Numbered from the stretch's first letter, positions 27,029 through 37,172 are shown. The stretch is DNA of 64,000 nucleotides from Candidatus Thorarchaeota archaeon (GCA_029858305.1 JAOUFI010000003.1:1-64000), one strand, 5' to 3'. Made by a program: numbers and translations. Notes: generated from the sequence alone by a model not told the origin.

Positions 27029-28372
27029 ATGGAGATGTTAGTTATGAGCAAAGAAAAAGGCACACGAGTTGTTGTCGTAGGTGGCGGAATTTCAGGATTC
27101 AGTTGTGCACTAGAATTGAAAGGTCTGAAGGCACGTTGTACGATTCTTGAAAAAGAGAAGACTGTCGGTGGTCGAGCAAGATCCTACACAGAATCGGGAT
27201 ATGTATTTGACCAAGGTCTGCACTTTTTCGTAGGTGGCTTCAAATCACTTATCCCAATTCTTGAGAGAAGTGGAGTAAAAATGACCACTGTCGGTGAGGG
27301 TGCAGTATGGTTGAAGGATGGGAATAGGCATCTCATCCGTAGATCAGCTGTTGAGCTCGCAAAATTCGGACTTCTTCCTACAGCCGATAGGGCTAAACTA
27401 GGATTACTAGTTCAGGAGAATATAAAGCGAAAGGAAGCCGAGTTCAAAGAACTTGACAAAATGACCTTTTCTGAATATGCCGAGGATAAGAAGATTCCAG
27501 AGTCTATTCAGAATGATTTCTATGAACCTCTTATTAAAACAGTCACCTTCATGCATCCAGATGAGGTTTCTGCAGGACAATATCTATACTCAGAACACTT
27601 GAGATTTGCATATGAGGATGGCTTTAGTGCTATGTATCCAGAACGTGGAGGATTAGGGAGTGTAGCATATACCCTGATGCTTCAAGCACGCAACTTTGGA
27701 GTAGAGCCACAAGTCAACTGTGCTGTCAAGCAAGTAATAATCGAGGATAGTAAAGTCGTTGGTGTTGATTATGAACAGGATGGGGAGAGCAAACACCTCG
27801 ATACCGATGCTGTTGTGATAACTGTTCCAATTGACCTCTTGCCCAACTTTGTGAAAATGAGTGATTTGCCAAAAGAGTTTACACAGAAGATTTCAAAATT
27901 CGAATATACTCCCTCTACTGTTGCTTACTTCGGTCTGAAGTCAAGAGTTTTGGATTTCAATGTTGGAGCCTTTGTACCAGGAAGAAAAATCAACATTGTT
28001 GCTGAAGCAAAGAGAGTATCAGGAGTTTTGGCACCAATTGGTGAGTCCCTCTTAACAGTAACCGGTATTGATAAAGAACTTCTCAAAATGAGTGATGAGG
28101 AAGCTACTCAAGAAATACTTGATGAGCTAGAGATTCTTATTCCCGGAGTAAAAGATAAGGTCACATGGAAGAAGAGTTGGAAAATCTGGAAATCAGTTCT
28201 TAAGCAGCCACCAGGAATCATGGATGACCGCTTGAAGTCTAACCGAACAGGTATACAAGGACTCTATGTTGCTGGTTCATATGCGAACTGCGGCATGTAT
28301 TATGCCTCTATGGAAGCAGCTTCTAGATCCGGTATTGCTTGCGCGGGCGAGATGATTGAGGATCTTAAGTGA
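27029..28372 (+). CDS. FAD-dependent oxidoreductase, phytoene desaturase/HpnE/protoporphyrinogen oxidase superfamily
   Basis: VVVVGGGISG...LEKEKTVGGRARS...FDQGLH; GLYVAGSY...SMEAASRSG. Confidence 0.8.
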   Translation: MEMLVMSKEKGTRVVVVGGGISGFSCALELKGLKARCTILEKEKTVGGRARSYTESGYVFDQGLHFFVGGFKSLIPILERSGVKMTTVGEGAVWLKDGNRHLIRRSAVELAKFGLLPTADRAKLGLLVQENIKRKEAEFKELDKMTFSEYAEDKKIPESIQNDFYEPLIKTVTFMHPDEVSAGQYLYSEHLRFAYEDGFSAMYPERGGLGSVAYTLMLQARNFGVEPQVNCAVKQVIIEDSKVVGVDYEQDGESKHLDTDAVVITVPIDLLPNFVKMSDLPKEFTQKISKFEYTPSTVAYFGLKSRVLDFNVGAFVPGRKINIVAEAKRVSGVLAPIGESLLTVTGIDKELLKMSDEEATQEILDELEILIPGVKDKVTWKKSWKIWKSVLKQPPGIMDDRLKSNRTGIQGLYVAGSYANCGMYYASMEAASRSGIACAGEMIEDLK

Positions 28373-28463
28373 CTCTAAGTTCAAATTGATATAGCCAAGG
28401 GTGAGACTACCCTTGGCATAACTATATACTGCAAGTATGAAATTCAGGACTAGATAGATTCCT

Positions 28464-29672
28464 GTGGTGTACTTTGAGATGACCAAACTGGACTTCATTG
28501 AGAGATACGGGCAAGAAAACGAACCGTATATCTGCGCATCATGTGGGAACTGCACTCTTGTGTGTCCAGTTTACAGCGAATTGAAATGGGAATCCTACGG
28601 TCCCAGAGGAAAGCTCCATGTCGTTAAATCGATAATCGAAGGAGAAGGTGAATTTGGAAAGGATTTCGCTCACAAAATATTCCTCTGCAATCTTTGTGAG
28701 CATTGTACTTCTGTTTGCACAACTGGTATTAGTCTTGACAGATTTTGGGAAGTAGCTAGAGCAGAGGTCAGAGAGAGGGGTCTCTTGCCAGCACCAGCAC
28801 AATTCGTTCTAAAGTCGGTCAAAGAACGTGGCGACATCATGTGGATGGGTTCTGCGGATAGACTCCTTTGGATGGAAGGTATTGATGAGCTGGTCAAAGA
28901 TCGCATCCTGAAAAAAGCCAAAGTTGCGTATTTTCTTGGTTGCAATGTTTCATTAAAATCGCAGCTACATGATGTTGCACAATCAATGGTTAAAATCATG
29001 GACTATGCTGGTATCGACTTTACCCTACTAGGTGAGAAAGAAGTATGTTGTGGTGCTCCTCTGAGTTGGGCTGGAAATCTTAAAGACATCAATGAAATGG
29101 CTGAGAAGAATCTGTCACTGATTCGTGAACTAGGTGTTGAAACTGTAGTTTTTAGCTGCCCCTCCTGTATTCAGACATGGTCGGAATACAGCAAATCTGT
29201 AAAAGAAGACAAGAGTATTGAGCTGTTGACAGCATCTCAATTCATCAACCGTCTAATTCGAGAGAAACGACTTCATTTCGAAGAACAACCTATGATTACG
29301 ACAACATTTCATGATCCATGCATATCTGCGAGGGTCTTGAAAGCGACTGAGGAACCGAGAGAGATAATGGATGAGATTCCCGGAGTATATCATGTCGAAA
29401 TGAATCCATCCCGACAAAACACGAGGTGCTGTGGCGCTCATGGTTTACTTGATGTTGTTGATCCAGTTCTTTCATCAAGAATTGCTGAAAGACGCCTTAG
29501 AGATGTTACTGTTACCCCGGCCACTCGAATTGTCACTGAGTGTCCGCGATGCATTCTAGCATTTGACCTAGCAAAATTTACAACTGGTTATGAGATGTTG
29601 GTACAAGATATTACACAACTTGTAGAAGGTGCTTTGTCGCCAAAAGAACAGGGAGGTGGCAAAGACCACTGA
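28464..29672 (+). CDS. Fe-S oxidoreductase, GlcF/HdrD family (CCG domains)
   Basis: CASCGNCTLVCP, CNLCEHCTSVC, VCCGAP, FHDPC, RCCGAHG. Confidence 0.9.
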   Translation: MVYFEMTKLDFIERYGQENEPYICASCGNCTLVCPVYSELKWESYGPRGKLHVVKSIIEGEGEFGKDFAHKIFLCNLCEHCTSVCTTGISLDRFWEVARAEVRERGLLPAPAQFVLKSVKERGDIMWMGSADRLLWMEGIDELVKDRILKKAKVAYFLGCNVSLKSQLHDVAQSMVKIMDYAGIDFTLLGEKEVCCGAPLSWAGNLKDINEMAEKNLSLIRELGVETVVFSCPSCIQTWSEYSKSVKEDKSIELLTASQFINRLIREKRLHFEEQPMITTTFHDPCISARVLKATEEPREIMDEIPGVYHVEMNPSRQNTRCCGAHGLLDVVDPVLSSRIAERRLRDVTVTPATRIVTECPRCILAFDLAKFTTGYEMLVQDITQLVEGALSPKEQGGGKDH

Positions 29673-31390
29673 AAATCAATGAACTCCAAATTGGTGACAT
29701 CGTTGGGGCTGACAATGTATCCACGACTCCAGAAACTTGCATGATATATTCAAAAGATGTGACAAGTCTGCCTGATCTAGCTCATCAAATTGTGAGTCCG
29801 AGATTTGATGTGGTGACTCAGCCTGTGGATGTGCTATCACTTCAAAATCTAATCATCTATGCCATAGAGAACGGGATACCTATTGTACCTCGGGGGAATG
29901 GCACCTCTGGCTGGGGTGGGGCAATTCCCACCAGAGGAGGTCTTTGTATCTCTCTTTCAGCAATGTCGGGAATTTTGTATTTTAACGAATTTGAGTCTGC
30001 TGTGACAGTGGAAACTGGAATTACTTGGAGAGATCTGTTGGCATTCTTGGAACGACTTGGGTTTACATTGCCGGTTTACCCATCAAGTGCCACTGCAGCT
30101 ACAGTAGGGGGTTTTGTCGCCAGTGGAGGTCTTGGAATAGGCTCAACTCGTAATGGAGACATTCTGAAGCAGGTTATTGGAATCGAAGCCATCTTACCAA
30201 ATGGGAAAATTGTCAGATTAGGTAGATTATTGTTGGATTCGAAAACTGATCCACTCAGGGAGAAAGTTGAGGAAGGCAACTCCTGGTTAAGTGAGAAGCT
30301 ATCTGATGCTGGACTTGGCTCTCCAGAACAAGAAACCAAGCTTTTCACTGGGACATATGGCACACTTGGCATCATAACTAAAGTTACACTCAAGACAATA
30401 CCCAACCTCCAGCTCATCCCCTTTTCATGCTCATTTGATCGTATGACTGACCTAGTAAGAGCAGCTGATAGAATACTCTCTGAGGTCAAACCATACTACA
30501 TGAGATTTCTTGCAGATAATTACACTTCTAAATTAAGAGCCTTGAGTGAATATGAAAATGAGAGTGGAAAGTATATTCTCACAGGAGCTCTTCTTGATAC
30601 TATCTACCAAAATGAGGATAACATTGAGATAATCAAGACTGTAACAAACGAGGAAAAAGGATATGTACTAGATGATAAGCGATCATGGTTTTATTGGTCT
30701 GAAAGGCTCTATCCTTTGAGAATCAAGCGACATGGACCAAGCCTTGTTCCTGCAGAAATGCTCGCGCCTATGAACATGCTTCCAGAAATACTTGAAAAGA
30801 CAAAGGCAGAACTTCGAAATTCAAAGGTAGCAATTGAGGGGACACTAAGCAACGATGGCACAACATCATTCATGGTCTGGATTTTGGATGATGAGAGAAA
30901 AAAAGTTTCATTCACCATTGGCTGGTACAGATCTTTTCAGATTGCATCACTCGCTGAAAGGTTCGGAGGGCTCCCATATGCAGTAGGGCTTTGGAACGGG
31001 AGGCATGCAAGAAAATTCTATGGAAATGACTCTTATAAAAATCTCAAAGTAATGAAGAAGAAACTTGATCCATCTAACATAATGAATCCGCTGAAGGTCT
31101 TTGGAGGTAGAGTTACGATTGGTCGTGAATCAATGCTCCTCGGATTTCTATTGGGATTTATTGTAACAATGATTGGAGGATGGTTATTGCCAGGATTACT
31201 TAATCTTGATTGGCTGAATCAATTTCTAAGCTTGAGTCTGGTACAGTTCTTATATTTCCCTAATCTGTGGCTTCTTGGACTAGCTGGAGGTTTGATAGCA
31301 GTCATGATAATCCGATTCATGAGATTAAGCCAGGCACTCGCAATTGGAATTCCAATTCTTAGGATTCTGAGTAAACTGCTTCGACGATAG
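29669..31390 (+). CDS. FAD-linked oxidoreductase with C-terminal TM helices (probable CTG start at 29669; first ATG at 29741)
   Basis: PRGNGTSGWGG, YPSSATAATVGG, YGTLGIITKV, LDPSNIMNP. The upstream in-frame extension KINELQIGDIVGADNVS matches paralog N-termini. Confidence 0.85.
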   Translation: MKINELQIGDIVGADNVSTTPETCMIYSKDVTSLPDLAHQIVSPRFDVVTQPVDVLSLQNLIIYAIENGIPIVPRGNGTSGWGGAIPTRGGLCISLSAMSGILYFNEFESAVTVETGITWRDLLAFLERLGFTLPVYPSSATAATVGGFVASGGLGIGSTRNGDILKQVIGIEAILPNGKIVRLGRLLLDSKTDPLREKVEEGNSWLSEKLSDAGLGSPEQETKLFTGTYGTLGIITKVTLKTIPNLQLIPFSCSFDRMTDLVRAADRILSEVKPYYMRFLADNYTSKLRALSEYENESGKYILTGALLDTIYQNEDNIEIIKTVTNEEKGYVLDDKRSWFYWSERLYPLRIKRHGPSLVPAEMLAPMNMLPEILEKTKAELRNSKVAIEGTLSNDGTTSFMVWILDDERKKVSFTIGWYRSFQIASLAERFGGLPYAVGLWNGRHARKFYGNDSYKNLKVMKKKLDPSNIMNPLKVFGGRVTIGRESMLLGFLLGFIVTMIGGWLLPGLLNLDWLNQFLSLSLVQFLYFPNLWLLGLAGGLIAVMIIRFMRLSQALAIGIPILRILSKLLRR

Positions 31391-31613
31391 ATTCAAACCA
31401 TCATGTTTGCCTTAGCAAAAGATTGAAGTAAACAATGTAGTTTGCATCTCTAATCCTAGATGTATATTTGTATATTGAAGTTTCAAATGATATCCAAGAA
31501 TGTAGTTTAACCAATATGCTCAAATATGAGACATATGTTCCAAAACGAAACTTAGCCAAGGTATTTCAACTAGGTAAAGGTACAAAAAGAAACCAAAATA
31601 GGGTGCAAATGGA

Positions 31614-32210
31614 ATGAAACGAAACCGTGTATCGAGAGTCGCCGTCGCCATTGGCTTCTTGCTATTATTAGTTGCTACTGCTGCGGGATCAGTCGGAGCT
31701 TTTCCAAGCCAGACAAACGAATGTGGAACAACTGGCTGTCATGATACGCTCGGAACTTTGACTATTGCCTCTAATTCGACGAGCATGAGTGCAACAACAG
31801 GAGAACCTTTTGCTCTTCTTCTAGATGCAGGAAATGGTGCGGATTGGATAGCTATCAGGAATGGGTGGGCGGATAATTCTCAATTCTTGATTTCTGTAGA
31901 GGAGGTAGAGGATGGTTCTGCGAATGACACAAATACAGCCTCAGGAGCAATATCTGTCGAGGTAACATTCACACCATTATCCTCTGGTGATTTGACAATT
32001 CGTATTTGGACAGCTGCTGGAGGCGATTTAGCATCTTCATTAGATATCACTGTCACAGTGACAGGTGAATCAATAACAACAACAACACCACCGCCCAACA
32101 ATGAAGCAGATTTACTTTGGACCTGGAGAATAATGATGATAATACTACCTGTTTCAGTAGGTGTAGTTCTTCTGATTCTAGGTTTTACTGTATTCAAGAG
32201 GAGATCATGA
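31614..32210 (+). CDS. Small membrane-anchored mono-heme c (CX4CH) beta-domain protein
   Basis: Signal peptide, ECGTTGCH, GWADNSQF and IRIWTAA shared with the 6120 protein; C-terminal TM. Confidence 0.8.
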   Translation: MKRNRVSRVAVAIGFLLLLVATAAGSVGAFPSQTNECGTTGCHDTLGTLTIASNSTSMSATTGEPFALLLDAGNGADWIAIRNGWADNSQFLISVEEVEDGSANDTNTASGAISVEVTFTPLSSGDLTIRIWTAAGGDLASSLDITVTVTGESITTTTPPPNNEADLLWTWRIMMIILPVSVGVVLLILGFTVFKRRS

Positions 32211-32224
32211 AGTAGGTGATATGA

Positions 32225-32728
32225 ATGGCATTACATCCAGTTTTTGTTCACTTCCACACTGGAATCCTAGCAGCTGCGGCCGCTCTAGCATTGATCAGTC
32301 TAATCTTGCGATTCTTGTTTCGGGATAACATTCGCACTCCTGGGACACGGCTAGCTCGACTGTTTCATTATATTGATGTGTTTATCTTCATAGGTAGCAT
32401 AATCGGCTTCATCGGATTAATTGCAGGTATGATGACAGGATTCATGGAACCAGATTATTCTCTAGCAACACTTGAAGCATTACCGGCTATGAGGTTCAAA
32501 ATTCTCTGGTCCATAGTATGTGTTGAAATATACCTCTTCCTAATGGTTGTCCGAGCTAGACTAGGAGATCGGGTTTGGGTAGGCACGGCTAGCTCCCTAA
32601 TCTACGGTATTCTTGTTATAGTCGGTGGTCTGCTCATAATCATTATTGCTGCACTTGGAGGAATTGCAGTATATGGAGAATCCATACTATCACCCATCCT
32701 TGATTGGTTGGGACTACCATGGCCATGA
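32225..32728 (+). CDS. 4-TM membrane protein, DUF2231-like (possible heme b binding)
   Basis: N-terminal LHPVFVHFH motif, four hydrophobic helices, LGGIAVYG. Confidence 0.65.
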   Translation: MALHPVFVHFHTGILAAAAALALISLILRFLFRDNIRTPGTRLARLFHYIDVFIFIGSIIGFIGLIAGMMTGFMEPDYSLATLEALPAMRFKILWSIVCVEIYLFLMVVRARLGDRVWVGTASSLIYGILVIVGGLLIIIIAALGGIAVYGESILSPILDWLGLPWP

Positions 32729-32743
32729 TAAGGAGATTCAGTC

Positions 32744-33922
32744 ATGACAAAACCCTATGAACCTCTCAAAATTGAGGGACTTGATATTGAACCAACAGTG
32801 TGTGCGAGATGTGGTTTCTGCACCTTCGTGTGCCCAGCATATCTTGACACACTTTGGGATTCTCAATCACCGAGAGGAAAGCTATACCAACTGAGAGACC
32901 TTATTAAAAATAAGAAGAAAATCCCTGCTGACTTTGCAGCCAGGATATTCAATTGTACCTTGTGTGGAGCATGCCAGGAAATTTGTCAGACAAACATACC
33001 TCTTTTGAGATTCTGGCAACTTACGAGAGAAGAGATTGGCAATCTTGAAGAATGGCCAGAAATCGTGAATTATATCGATACCGCCTTACAAGAGACCCAA
33101 AACATCATGGAAATGGACCAGGATGACAGAACTCTCTGGACCGATATGGTTGATGACCTTGTAGAAAAGAGAACTGGAATCAAAGCTGAAGTTGCGTATT
33201 TTGCAGGCTGCAACATTTCATTCAAAGGCACCCTCGCTCATCTTGGTGAGAATACGATAAAAGTAATGGATGCAGCAGGTGTCGATTTCACAATACTTGG
33301 CAGCGAGGAGTTCTGCTGCGGCAATCCATATTTTGTAGCTGGTGGCTTCGATAAAGCTCGAGAGCTTGCAATGCATAATCTAGCAGCGCTCAAGGAATTA
33401 GGCGTGAAGACGGTTGTATTCAACTGCCCTGGATGTCATCGAGCCTTTGCAGAGGAATATCCCCATCTACTCGGAAAGGATTCGGTAGAGGGATTAGAGT
33501 TTCTGCCTTTCTCCGAGTTTACCCTAAGACTTCTCAAAGAAGGAAAAATCAAGTTCACAAAGAATTACCCTCACACAGTCGCATGGCATGATCCATGTGA
33601 ACTTGGACGTCATCAGAATATCTACAATCCTGCTCGAGAAGTCCTTAATGCAATTCCCGGACTCAAACTGCGGGAGATGAAGCATGCAAGAAACAAGGCA
33701 AGATGCTGTGGCGGTGGAGGACTGCTGAAGGGGACTAATCCAATGATGTCGGTGAGAATATCGGGTCGGAGAGTTGAAGAAGCGGAAAAGACCGGAGCAG
33801 AATTCATAGCTAGCGAATGTCCATCGTGTACGATGTCATTCAATGACGGAATTGAGCACAAGAATTCCAAAATGAAATTCAAGGATTTGTCACAGATTGT
33901 CGTGGAAGCTCTTGGATTATAG
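32744..33922 (+). CDS. Fe-S oxidoreductase, GlcF/HdrD family (CCG domains)
   Basis: CARCGFCTFVCP, CTLCGACQEIC, FCCGNP, WHDPCELGR, RCCGGGG. Confidence 0.9.
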   Translation: MTKPYEPLKIEGLDIEPTVCARCGFCTFVCPAYLDTLWDSQSPRGKLYQLRDLIKNKKKIPADFAARIFNCTLCGACQEICQTNIPLLRFWQLTREEIGNLEEWPEIVNYIDTALQETQNIMEMDQDDRTLWTDMVDDLVEKRTGIKAEVAYFAGCNISFKGTLAHLGENTIKVMDAAGVDFTILGSEEFCCGNPYFVAGGFDKARELAMHNLAALKELGVKTVVFNCPGCHRAFAEEYPHLLGKDSVEGLEFLPFSEFTLRLLKEGKIKFTKNYPHTVAWHDPCELGRHQNIYNPAREVLNAIPGLKLREMKHARNKARCCGGGGLLKGTNPMMSVRISGRRVEEAEKTGAEFIASECPSCTMSFNDGIEHKNSKMKFKDLSQIVVEALGL

Positions 33923-33933
33923 GTGGTGAAGAG

Positions 33934-35655
33934 ATGTTACGAAAACAACATTTCCAGAAACTTGCAGATATTGTGGGTGAAGATTATTTCTCTGCTGAAG
34001 GATATATGACTCACCTCTACTCACACGACATAGCAGCGCTCCCAGGAATTGTAAACGATGTTCTCAATCCCCATGCGGAAGCAATAGCGCAACCAACTAC
34101 CTCTGAAGTTGTATCAAATCTGCTGAAATACTGTAAAGAGAATAATATCCAGGTTGTCCCGCGAGGACATGGTACATCTGGATATGGTGGAGCGTTGCCT
34201 ACCAAGGGTGGCCTGGTTGTTGAAATGACCAGGATGAATGAGATATACAATATTGACAAAGGTAGCATGACAATTGAGGTAGGTGCCGGTATCATTTGGG
34301 GGAAACTGCTAGAACTCCTCGAGGATGAAGGCCTCTCTGCGGCTGCGTATCCATCAAGTGCACCTTCTAGTACTGTAGGCGGCTGGATTGCAGCTGGGGG
34401 CTCAGGCATCGGCAGTACAAAATACGGGGGAATCAGGGAGCAAGTAGTAGAATTGGAAGTTGTCTTGCCTGATGGAGAGATCATAAGGACAAGTCAATCA
34501 GAAGATTCTGTATTCAATGAAGGAAAAACAAAACCATTCTTTGGTGGTGATGACTCATTCTATTGGGAATCTGAAGAAAGCTCTGCCCCCAATAAAGAGT
34601 CTACTTCATTATTTGTAGATAGCAATGGCACCTTGGGAATAATAACGAAGGTGGTAATGAAGGTCATTCCGCTTCGCAAAATTAAGCCTTTAACAATATC
34701 ATTCCCGAATAAAGAACAGACAATGGGTGCAATGCAGGCTATTCTTCGCATCACACAGCCTTTCTACCTTCACTTCATAACAGACGAATTCTTTGGTATG
34801 TTGAAGGAGGTAGGAAAAGCCCCTGATGTGGCGGGTGAATGGTTAGTTCTCTGTGCTTTAGAGGGAACAGATGAAGAGAATGACGAGGTTGCAGGAAAAA
34901 TCGCTGAAGCAATGGCGATGTATCATGGGACAGTTGAGTCAGACGAGATAGGACATCATGAATGGGATGAACGGTTCTATCCCATGAGAATTAAAAGACT
35001 GGGTCCAAGTCTTGCACCTTCCGAGGTCTATGTACCCTTGGAGAGAATGGTCGATTTCATCGACCACTGCTACAAGCACTTCAAGGGGGAGAGAATGGCG
35101 ATGGAAGGAGCTGTCAATCACCGAAATGAAGTTGCGGTACTCACTTGGTTCTTGGATGATGAACGCCGGAGAATTCCATTTTTGTTTGGATGGTATCGTT
35201 CTCTAGATGTCATCAACATTGGCATAAAGAATGGAGGACGTGCCTATTCCATAGGTATGTGGAATGTAGCTCATTCACGCAAGTTCTACGGAAAAGAAGA
35301 CTACACAAAGATGGCAAAACTCAAACAGAGAACAGATTCTAAGAATTACCTCAATTCGCATAAAGTATTCCCAGGACCGCTATATCTGAGTACAAGAATA
35401 GGATTACTAATCATGTTTGCAGCCGCATTCGTGGTGCCTATCGTAATCATGTTTGCATGGTGGTTAGCTCCAAGTGTAGTTGCGGCTTATGTTCCATGGG
35501 TCGTTGTCAATGACATTGCTAGCTTCTTGCTATGGTTCATAGTCGGACTGGGAGTCGGATTTGTGGTCCAAGAATTTGCCAATCTCATACCGATATCGGT
35601 CGTACTTTCGATTGGATTACCATTCCTCAGATTGGGAAGGAAGATATTTCACTAA
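33934..35655 (+). CDS. FAD-linked oxidoreductase with C-terminal TM helices
   Basis: PRGHGTSGYGG, YPSSAPSSTVGGWIA, NGTLGIITKV; hydrophobic C-terminus. Confidence 0.88.
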   Translation: MLRKQHFQKLADIVGEDYFSAEGYMTHLYSHDIAALPGIVNDVLNPHAEAIAQPTTSEVVSNLLKYCKENNIQVVPRGHGTSGYGGALPTKGGLVVEMTRMNEIYNIDKGSMTIEVGAGIIWGKLLELLEDEGLSAAAYPSSAPSSTVGGWIAAGGSGIGSTKYGGIREQVVELEVVLPDGEIIRTSQSEDSVFNEGKTKPFFGGDDSFYWESEESSAPNKESTSLFVDSNGTLGIITKVVMKVIPLRKIKPLTISFPNKEQTMGAMQAILRITQPFYLHFITDEFFGMLKEVGKAPDVAGEWLVLCALEGTDEENDEVAGKIAEAMAMYHGTVESDEIGHHEWDERFYPMRIKRLGPSLAPSEVYVPLERMVDFIDHCYKHFKGERMAMEGAVNHRNEVAVLTWFLDDERRRIPFLFGWYRSLDVINIGIKNGGRAYSIGMWNVAHSRKFYGKEDYTKMAKLKQRTDSKNYLNSHKVFPGPLYLSTRIGLLIMFAAAFVVPIVIMFAWWLAPSVVAAYVPWVVVNDIASFLLWFIVGLGVGFVVQEFANLIPISVVLSIGLPFLRLGRKIFH

Positions 35656-35733
35656 TACATATCTGATGAATCCGAATCATGTAGACAGACTAAAAAGATA
35701 GTCAGTGGGACATCAGAACAGAAGATGATGTAG

Positions 35734-36414
35734 ATGTCGGCAAAAGCAGTCGTTGTGAGAAATCTCACTCGAAGATACGGTTACAGAGTGGCATTAAAAG
35801 ATATATCACTAGATTTCTCAGAGAATGGGATTCAAGGATTATTTGGAGCTAATGGAGCAGGAAAAACAACACTAATGCGAATCATATCAACGCTGCTACG
35901 CCCTCATAGTGGAACAATCTCCGTTATGGGATTTGATCCGCAAGAAGAACCAGAAGAAGTGAAGAAGTATCTTGGTTTGGTGGGTGACAAAACGCTTCTA
36001 TACGATGAACTATCAGGCATTGAAAATCTTCGATTCTATTCCAAGCTCTATGGATTGCATCGCGACTTCTTTGAAACTCAAGTTGAGGAATTATCTCAAC
36101 GTTTTGCCATCAAAACCTGGCTTGAGGAACCTGTGAAGAATTTATCAACAGGGCTCAAGAAAAGACTGGATATTGTTCGAAGCTTGATTCACAATCCTAT
36201 GCTACTACTTCTGGATGAGCCATTCAGCGGACTAGATAAAGATACTACTGAGGATTTTTGGGACTACCTCAATGAACATAGAAACACAAGAACAACAATT
36301 GTGACAACTCACAATTTAGCCCTTGGTGCTAATTTGTGCGACGAATTTGTCACTCTCAGGAAAGGAGTAGTAATTAATCAAGGTCCAATTTCTCAGTTTG
36401 ATCAGACACTCTGA
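35734..36414 (+). CDS. ccmA: Heme exporter ATP-binding subunit CcmA
   Basis: Walker A GANGAGKT, LSTG, LLDEPFSGLD; first gene of the ccm cluster. Confidence 0.85.
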   Translation: MSAKAVVVRNLTRRYGYRVALKDISLDFSENGIQGLFGANGAGKTTLMRIISTLLRPHSGTISVMGFDPQEEPEEVKKYLGLVGDKTLLYDELSGIENLRFYSKLYGLHRDFFETQVEELSQRFAIKTWLEEPVKNLSTGLKKRLDIVRSLIHNPMLLLLDEPFSGLDKDTTEDFWDYLNEHRNTRTTIVTTHNLALGANLCDEFVTLRKGVVINQGPISQFDQTL

Positions 36415-36423
36415 GGTGATATT

Positions 36424-37104
36424 ATGACGTCAGGCCTAGGCGCAGCATTAGCAATCGCAAAGAAAGACATCATCATTCAGTTACGTAAGAAGTTTGAAGC
36501 ATTCTCAATGTTCCTATTTGCCCTCATCGCAGTCCTCGCATATTCCTTTGCGTTGGTTTCACAAGGATCTATACCAGCAGATGTAGGTAGTGCAATGCTG
36601 TGGGTCATCATTTTCTTCATGGGGATGTTTGGCTTCGCTCCCATTTTCCTCTCCGAGTCAGAAACTGGCACATTACGCGGTCTCGCTACTGCGCCGATTC
36701 CCGCATGGGCGGTCTATGTTGGTAAGGTGATCTATGGTTTTGTTCTGATGGGAATAGTTGAGGTCTTTCTGGTACCGATTATTTCTATACTGTTTGGTTT
36801 TTCTTTTCTAAATGATATTCCACTTACTGTTGCTGTACTCGTAGTTGGAACACTAGATTTGTCAGCAGTTGGTTCAATGGCCTCGGCTCTAGTAATGCCT
36901 TCAGAGGCAAAAGCAACAGTATTCCCCCTTGTCTATTTCCCTACTGCAACGTCAGGTCTAATTCTCCTCATTGAAATCACCAAGATCATTGTATTGGGTC
37001 CAGGCGTTGTGCCGATTATGTTACTATTTGAAATACTTCTTGCTCATCTGATTGCAATGCTGACACTATCGGCTTCTGTGTTTCACTTTGCACTTTCACC
37101 TTGA
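36424..37104 (+). CDS. ccmB: Heme exporter permease CcmB
   Basis: 6 TM helices, FLSESETGTLRGL...VGK; lies between ccmA and ccmC. Confidence 0.85.
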   Translation: MTSGLGAALAIAKKDIIIQLRKKFEAFSMFLFALIAVLAYSFALVSQGSIPADVGSAMLWVIIFFMGMFGFAPIFLSESETGTLRGLATAPIPAWAVYVGKVIYGFVLMGIVEVFLVPIISILFGFSFLNDIPLTVAVLVVGTLDLSAVGSMASALVMPSEAKATVFPLVYFPTATSGLILLIEITKIIVLGPGVVPIMLLFEILLAHLIAMLTLSASVFHFALSP

Positions 37105-37172
37105 ATGCGTGTCTTCAGCAAAACGTTCATATTGCAAGTAGTAGGGGAATCAGCAGTTCGAGTTGAAAAGCC

